Source: Candidatus Bathyarchaeota archaeon
GTDB lineage: Archaea; Thermoproteota; Bathyarchaeia; Bathyarchaeales; Bathycorpusculaceae
Reading direction: 5' to 3'
Assembly: GCA_963739305.1 (NCBI GenBank)
Contig: CAVTZU010000024.1
Span: 10,245 to 74,244, forward strand
DNA: 64,000 nucleotides
The translations under genes and the position numbers were made by a program. The notes under the pieces were generated by a model. The model saw only the letters and a program-made list of their open reading frames with translations. It was not told the DNA's origin and searched no databases. This document shows, one piece after another, positions 60,113 to 64,000 of this stretch; within the stretch, counting starts at the first letter, position 1, and every line of letters begins with the position of its first letter.

Positions 60113-60853
60113 TCAGGGGTTATCGAATGAATGTTTTCCGAGAAATGTGCTAATGAAATAGGTCATGATAGGAGCAGCTACCAGAAGAGAAATGCTTCGC
60201 AAAGCACCAGCCGACCATATCAAAGTGTTGCCTTGTGTCGACGTCATCTCGGCAAAGAAGTATTGAACATATACCGATGAAATTGATGCCACTGCCGGAG
60301 CCACGGCAAAAATCGTTGCATGGACGATATTTCTTCTCAAGTTTCTTGTAAAGTAGTGTCTATCATAGAAAATGAATAGGAGAACCCCAAGAATCATTCC
60401 CAACAGGCCAACGAAATTTGAAACGAACACTTGCTCTATCGAGACGCCTGATTGACCGATACTTTCCACCGACAAGGTTATGTCAGCGCTCAAGGGAGCT
60501 ATCAGAGTGATACCAAAGATAAGGAAAAGAAAGATGGCTTCTCCAAATAGTTTCTCAAGTTCCCCGTGAACAGCTTTGCTTGTCTTGTCCTTTTCCATCT
60601 CAACCTTACGAAAAAGCGTCATGCTTGCCCGTCCCACTTCGGAAAGGGAGTATTTTCCTCTTCTCGACTGTTCGATCAAAGTTGCTAGTTCTTTCAAATG
60701 ATAGCTTATCAGACCAGTGTCACTAAGTCCCAAAGCATTCTGAATTTCCGTAAATGAAACTTCGCCCCTATCTTCTAACAGAAGCAGAATCTGTCGGCGA
60801 ATGGGATGCTTCAACGCCGCAAATATCTCATCGTAATCATCTGATTCTGCCAA
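60113..60853 (-). CDS. ArsR-type wHTH regulator fused to C-terminal TM domain
   Basis: FAALKHPIRRQIL, GLISYHLKEL, YSLSEVG; 4 TM. Confidence 0.82.
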   Translation of the reverse strand: MAESDDYDEIFAALKHPIRRQILLLLEDRGEVSFTEIQNALGLSDTGLISYHLKELATLIEQSRRGKYSLSEVGRASMTLFRKVEMEKDKTSKAVHGELEKLFGEAIFLFLIFGITLIAPLSADITLSVESIGQSGVSIEQVFVSNFVGLLGMILGVLLFIFYDRHYFTRNLRRNIVHATIFAVAPAVASISSVYVQYFFAEMTSTQGNTLIWSAGALRSISLLVAAPIMTYFISTFLGKHSFDNP

Positions 60854-61302
60854 GATAGCACCACATCTCCTCTATGGCAGAAGAAGGAAAAAACGTTTTC
60901 ATGAAGAAAAGTTGGAAAACCTGTTTTCATGTGTTCTTTGGTATAGCTACACCTGAGTGTTGAGGAAAACTGACCAAGAATCTTTCCAAACGCCGTTTGG
61001 TTGGTTGGGGTAAAGTTTTATCTAATGCCAAAAACCCAATTACTTATTGTCTCTACCTCTATCTCTTGCTTTCTCCTTTCACATTACACACACTCTCACA
61101 CGCGCAAATGCTGTTCCAGCCTAAGAATACATAAAGAATTGGCATCGATCGATCGCGCCGGTGACATTTTTGTTTCATTTGTGGCTCTTTTCTCGTGACA
61201 CCTTCATTCCATTTTGTCATGACCAATTCTTGATAATTGTTTTAGTCAAATACCCTTAAATCGAGTCTTAACGACTTGTTCTAACGTGGAACGGTCGGGT
61301 CG

Positions 61303-62240
61303 ATGAGTGTCGATTTTGAATCTCTGAGTGACGTTCTCAAGCATCCGATCAGAAGAAAAATCATTTTGGCGCTTTCTGAAAGGAAGAGCGTGTCTTACGT
61401 TGATCTGATGAACCTTGTTGAGGTCGTGAATACTGGAAAATTCAATTATCATCTCAAGATTCTGGCCGATTTGATCGAGAAGGATGAAAACGGCAAGTAT
61501 AGTCTATCGGAAAAGGGTCAACTGGCTACGCAGTTTCTTCAAAAGTTCCATGGAAAGGAAAGCGAGCAGGCACCTCTGCGGATGGCCGACGCAGTTCTCA
61601 TAGGCTTTGCAGGTTGCGTCCTCACAGTCGTCAATCCTGGTTTCTGGGGTGCTTTTTTTGTCGCACTGATGAGGATTGAGATTCCGTCATCCTTCTTCGT
61701 GGTTCTTGGCTTGCTGGATTTCGGATTTGCCTTGTTACTTCCTGGCGGCGTGATGTGGCTGCTGGCCATTAGGCGTGCACGCTCTCACGATGCCTATGAC
61801 TTGTTCAAACCGCCTCTCGTGACGTTCATCCTGCTGCTCCTACTGACAATCGTCATGTTTCTCCTGAACATAGGCTTGACAGTCACGAGTCACCAGCCCG
61901 TTGACGGTTGTGCCTTCAGGGAACCCCAACCAGATCTGTTTCTACCCAATCAATGATGCAAACCAGCCTATCGACAATCTTGCTGCTTGGATCGGTATTG
62001 TCTTTTCTCGGCGTGGCAATTGCTGAACTCGGAAGCAGAATAAGGAATAGGATTAATGTTCTAAAAAACCCGCGCGCTCTAAACAGCGATCGGTCAAAAA
62101 CCACTCATTGTATATCTGGTCAGTCACTCAACAACTCAAACTTTCACCCTATCGGTGATAATAAGTTAACACAAAAAGCGCGAAGAGCAACTATAAAAGA
62201 AAGAGCGGTGAAGGTTAGACCAGTCGGTCGTTCAAATTGA
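61303..62240 (+). CDS. ArsR-type wHTH regulator fused to TM domain, frameshift near 61900; true 3' end uncertain
   Basis: LKHPIRRKI, TGKFNYHLKIL, YSLSEKG; last TM (TILLLGSVLSFLGVAIAE) lies in ORF 61908..62240. Confidence 0.72.
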
Positions 62241-62267
62241 TAGAAGAAGGTTAAAGAAGGAAAAAGC

Positions 62268-63053
62268 ATGTGTGGCATATTCGGTTTCTCCTTCGAAAAA
62301 TCTATATCAACCGAGAGAGTTTTCAGACTTCTCCAGAAACTGGAAGCGCATCAACTTCCTGAAGAAAAGTCTCCTCTTGGAGGCTTCGGCGCAGGCGTGG
62401 CCATCCTACTGGATGATGGCACCGTTCTTGTCGAAAAAGTCGGAAAAATCGGTAAATCTCCTGCAGGGCTCTTGCCCGAAATCGTCAAGGTCAAGAAAGC
62501 AAAGGTTTTGCTTGGTCATGTGAGGATGCCGAGCCCCGAATTCATGCGCACAGCCAACCTCAAAGAAACGGCACAGCCGTATGTGGTTGAACGAGACCCA
62601 AACTTGACGGTGGCTTCCGTTCATAACGGAAAGATGGAGAATTACACAGAAGTCAGAAGTAAACTGGGCAAAGAACACGTTTTCGAATCTGAAAAATCCG
62701 AGCTCATCGACTCTGAAGTCATTCCACACTATTTCGAAGAGATTCTCAGCGAAAAAGAAGACGTAAGCCAAGCTGTTTACGAGTACTTCTGTGCGCTGAA
62801 GGGATCAAATGCTGTAGCACTTCTGCAAGTTGGAGAGGAGAACTCGTTCATCCATCTGTTTCACAAAGGACTCACAAGGGGATTGAGTGTCTGGACAAAC
62901 AACCGGAATGAATTAGTCTTCTGTTCACGAAGAGCACCGCTGGTTGAAGAGTTCGGCACTTTACTCGCACGACGCCGCTTCAGAGAAAAAGTTTTCATAG
63001 GCTATCATGAGGACATCGGCCTCATTCTTTCTCATCAGCTGCCATCGAAGTAA
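62268..63053 (+). CDS. Stand-alone class II (Ntn) glutamine amidotransferase-like protein
   Basis: MCGIFG, LGHVR, AQPY, VHNG, DSEV. Confidence 0.82.
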   Translation: MCGIFGFSFEKSISTERVFRLLQKLEAHQLPEEKSPLGGFGAGVAILLDDGTVLVEKVGKIGKSPAGLLPEIVKVKKAKVLLGHVRMPSPEFMRTANLKETAQPYVVERDPNLTVASVHNGKMENYTEVRSKLGKEHVFESEKSELIDSEVIPHYFEEILSEKEDVSQAVYEYFCALKGSNAVALLQVGEENSFIHLFHKGLTRGLSVWTNNRNELVFCSRRAPLVEEFGTLLARRRFREKVFIGYHEDIGLILSHQLPSK

Positions 63054-63140
63054 AAGAATCGCGCGCGCAAAATGTTTCAGGAAACTGAAGAAATCCAATT
63101 GTTAGAGAAAACCTTGAGATATGATTTTATCTAGTGAATC

Positions 63141-63896
63141 TTACTTGCCTTTTTCTTCTACTCGCTTTCTAGCTGCGCTACTGTTTATTGAGGCTAATGC
63201 TCCCAAATCTCCTATGCTTGCATACTTCAACGTCTCTAACGGCAATGCCATAATTATTGTGTTTGCGGCTTCTTTGCTTGCTTCACTTACTGTCGCTAAG
63301 ATTCTTAGTTGCATTGCATTCGGGTCTTTCATGTTCTCAGCTGCTTGTTTAAGAATTTCTGATGCCTTTAGTTCTGCGTTAGCTTTAATCACAACTGCCT
63401 GTGCTTCTCTTTCTGCTTCAGCTTGAACGGCAAAGGCTCTTTTCATGTCTTCCGGCAAAGCAATATCTTGAATCTCTGCTTTAGCAATATCAATGCCCCA
63501 ACCTTTCGACAAAGTGTCGACTTTATTTTCTAAGGCTTGGACAACATCAGCTTGACTTGCAAGAAGTTCATTCAAAGTGTATTTGCCGATGATTTCACGC
63601 ATTGACGTTTGAGAATACTTCATTACTGCATCCTTGTAATCTTCAATCTCCAATATCACTTTTGTCGGGTCTTCAACTTTTGTGAAGATTACTGCGTCTA
63701 TTGAAACTGAGATGTTGTCTTTAGTTATGGCTGATTGACCTTTCAATGTGATGCTTTGCATTCGCATGTCAACAACATAAAGTGAATCGATGAACGGTAT
63801 TTTGAAATGTAACCCTGCTTTTTCTTCGATTCTCACTATTCTCCCCAAACGTATCAATGCAACTTTCTCCCACTGCTTAACTATGAAATAGCACAT
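63141..63896 (-). CDS. SPFH/band 7 (stomatin-like) protein
   Basis: RLGR, GLHFKIPFID, ITKDNISV, AEAERE, AMQLRIL. Confidence 0.9.
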   Translation of the reverse strand: MCYFIVKQWEKVALIRLGRIVRIEEKAGLHFKIPFIDSLYVVDMRMQSITLKGQSAITKDNISVSIDAVIFTKVEDPTKVILEIEDYKDAVMKYSQTSMREIIGKYTLNELLASQADVVQALENKVDTLSKGWGIDIAKAEIQDIALPEDMKRAFAVQAEAEREAQAVVIKANAELKASEILKQAAENMKDPNAMQLRILATVSEASKEAANTIIMALPLETLKYASIGDLGALASINSSAARKRVEEKGK

Positions 63897-64000
63897 TTTC
63901 TTCACCTCTTTCTATTTTCATTCTTAGTCTAACGGAGTATTTATTATTGGTTGAATAACGCACGAACTTTTCCGCAACGTCTAATGTTGGTTGGTTGGAT

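Noticed and set aside
1-64000. CRISPR array, IS/transposase, integrase or rRNA
   Set aside because: No regularly spaced repeats, DDE/tyrosine-recombinase motifs or rRNA signatures seen by eye

Overview
Archaeal chromosomal window, most consistent with Bathyarchaeia (TACK); this is inferred from gatDE, Sm, RIO2, BHB-intron tRNAs, a CdvA/CdvB/CdvC operon, fwdDBAC-mch, dockerin/CARDB surface proteins and membrane-anchored ArsR regulators. It holds about 60 CDS and two intron-containing tRNAs (Tyr-GTA with two introns, Lys-TTT with one). No CRISPR array, transposase or integrase was seen. Main candidates for unexplained biology: (1) four paralogous beta-hairpin + winged-helix genes beside a divergent NurA-HerA pair with no mre11/rad50 in the window, both divergent promoters carrying an ATTGT-N15-ACAA palindrome; (2) a canonical TPP riboswitch, rare in archaea, that contains the SD of thiT; (3) three COG1665-like nucleotidyltransferase paralogs next to citG, ECF S-components and the fwd/mch/mptN C1 cluster; (4) a divergent aconitase-X pair co-transcribed with a D-2-hydroxyacid dehydrogenase; (5) a 15-bp Lrp-like palindrome just upstream of the TATA boxes of three envelope genes. 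Many indels, including one in the essential valS, suggest sequence errors, so frameshifts should not be read as biology without read-level checks. All family calls come from motif recognition by eye, not from database searches.
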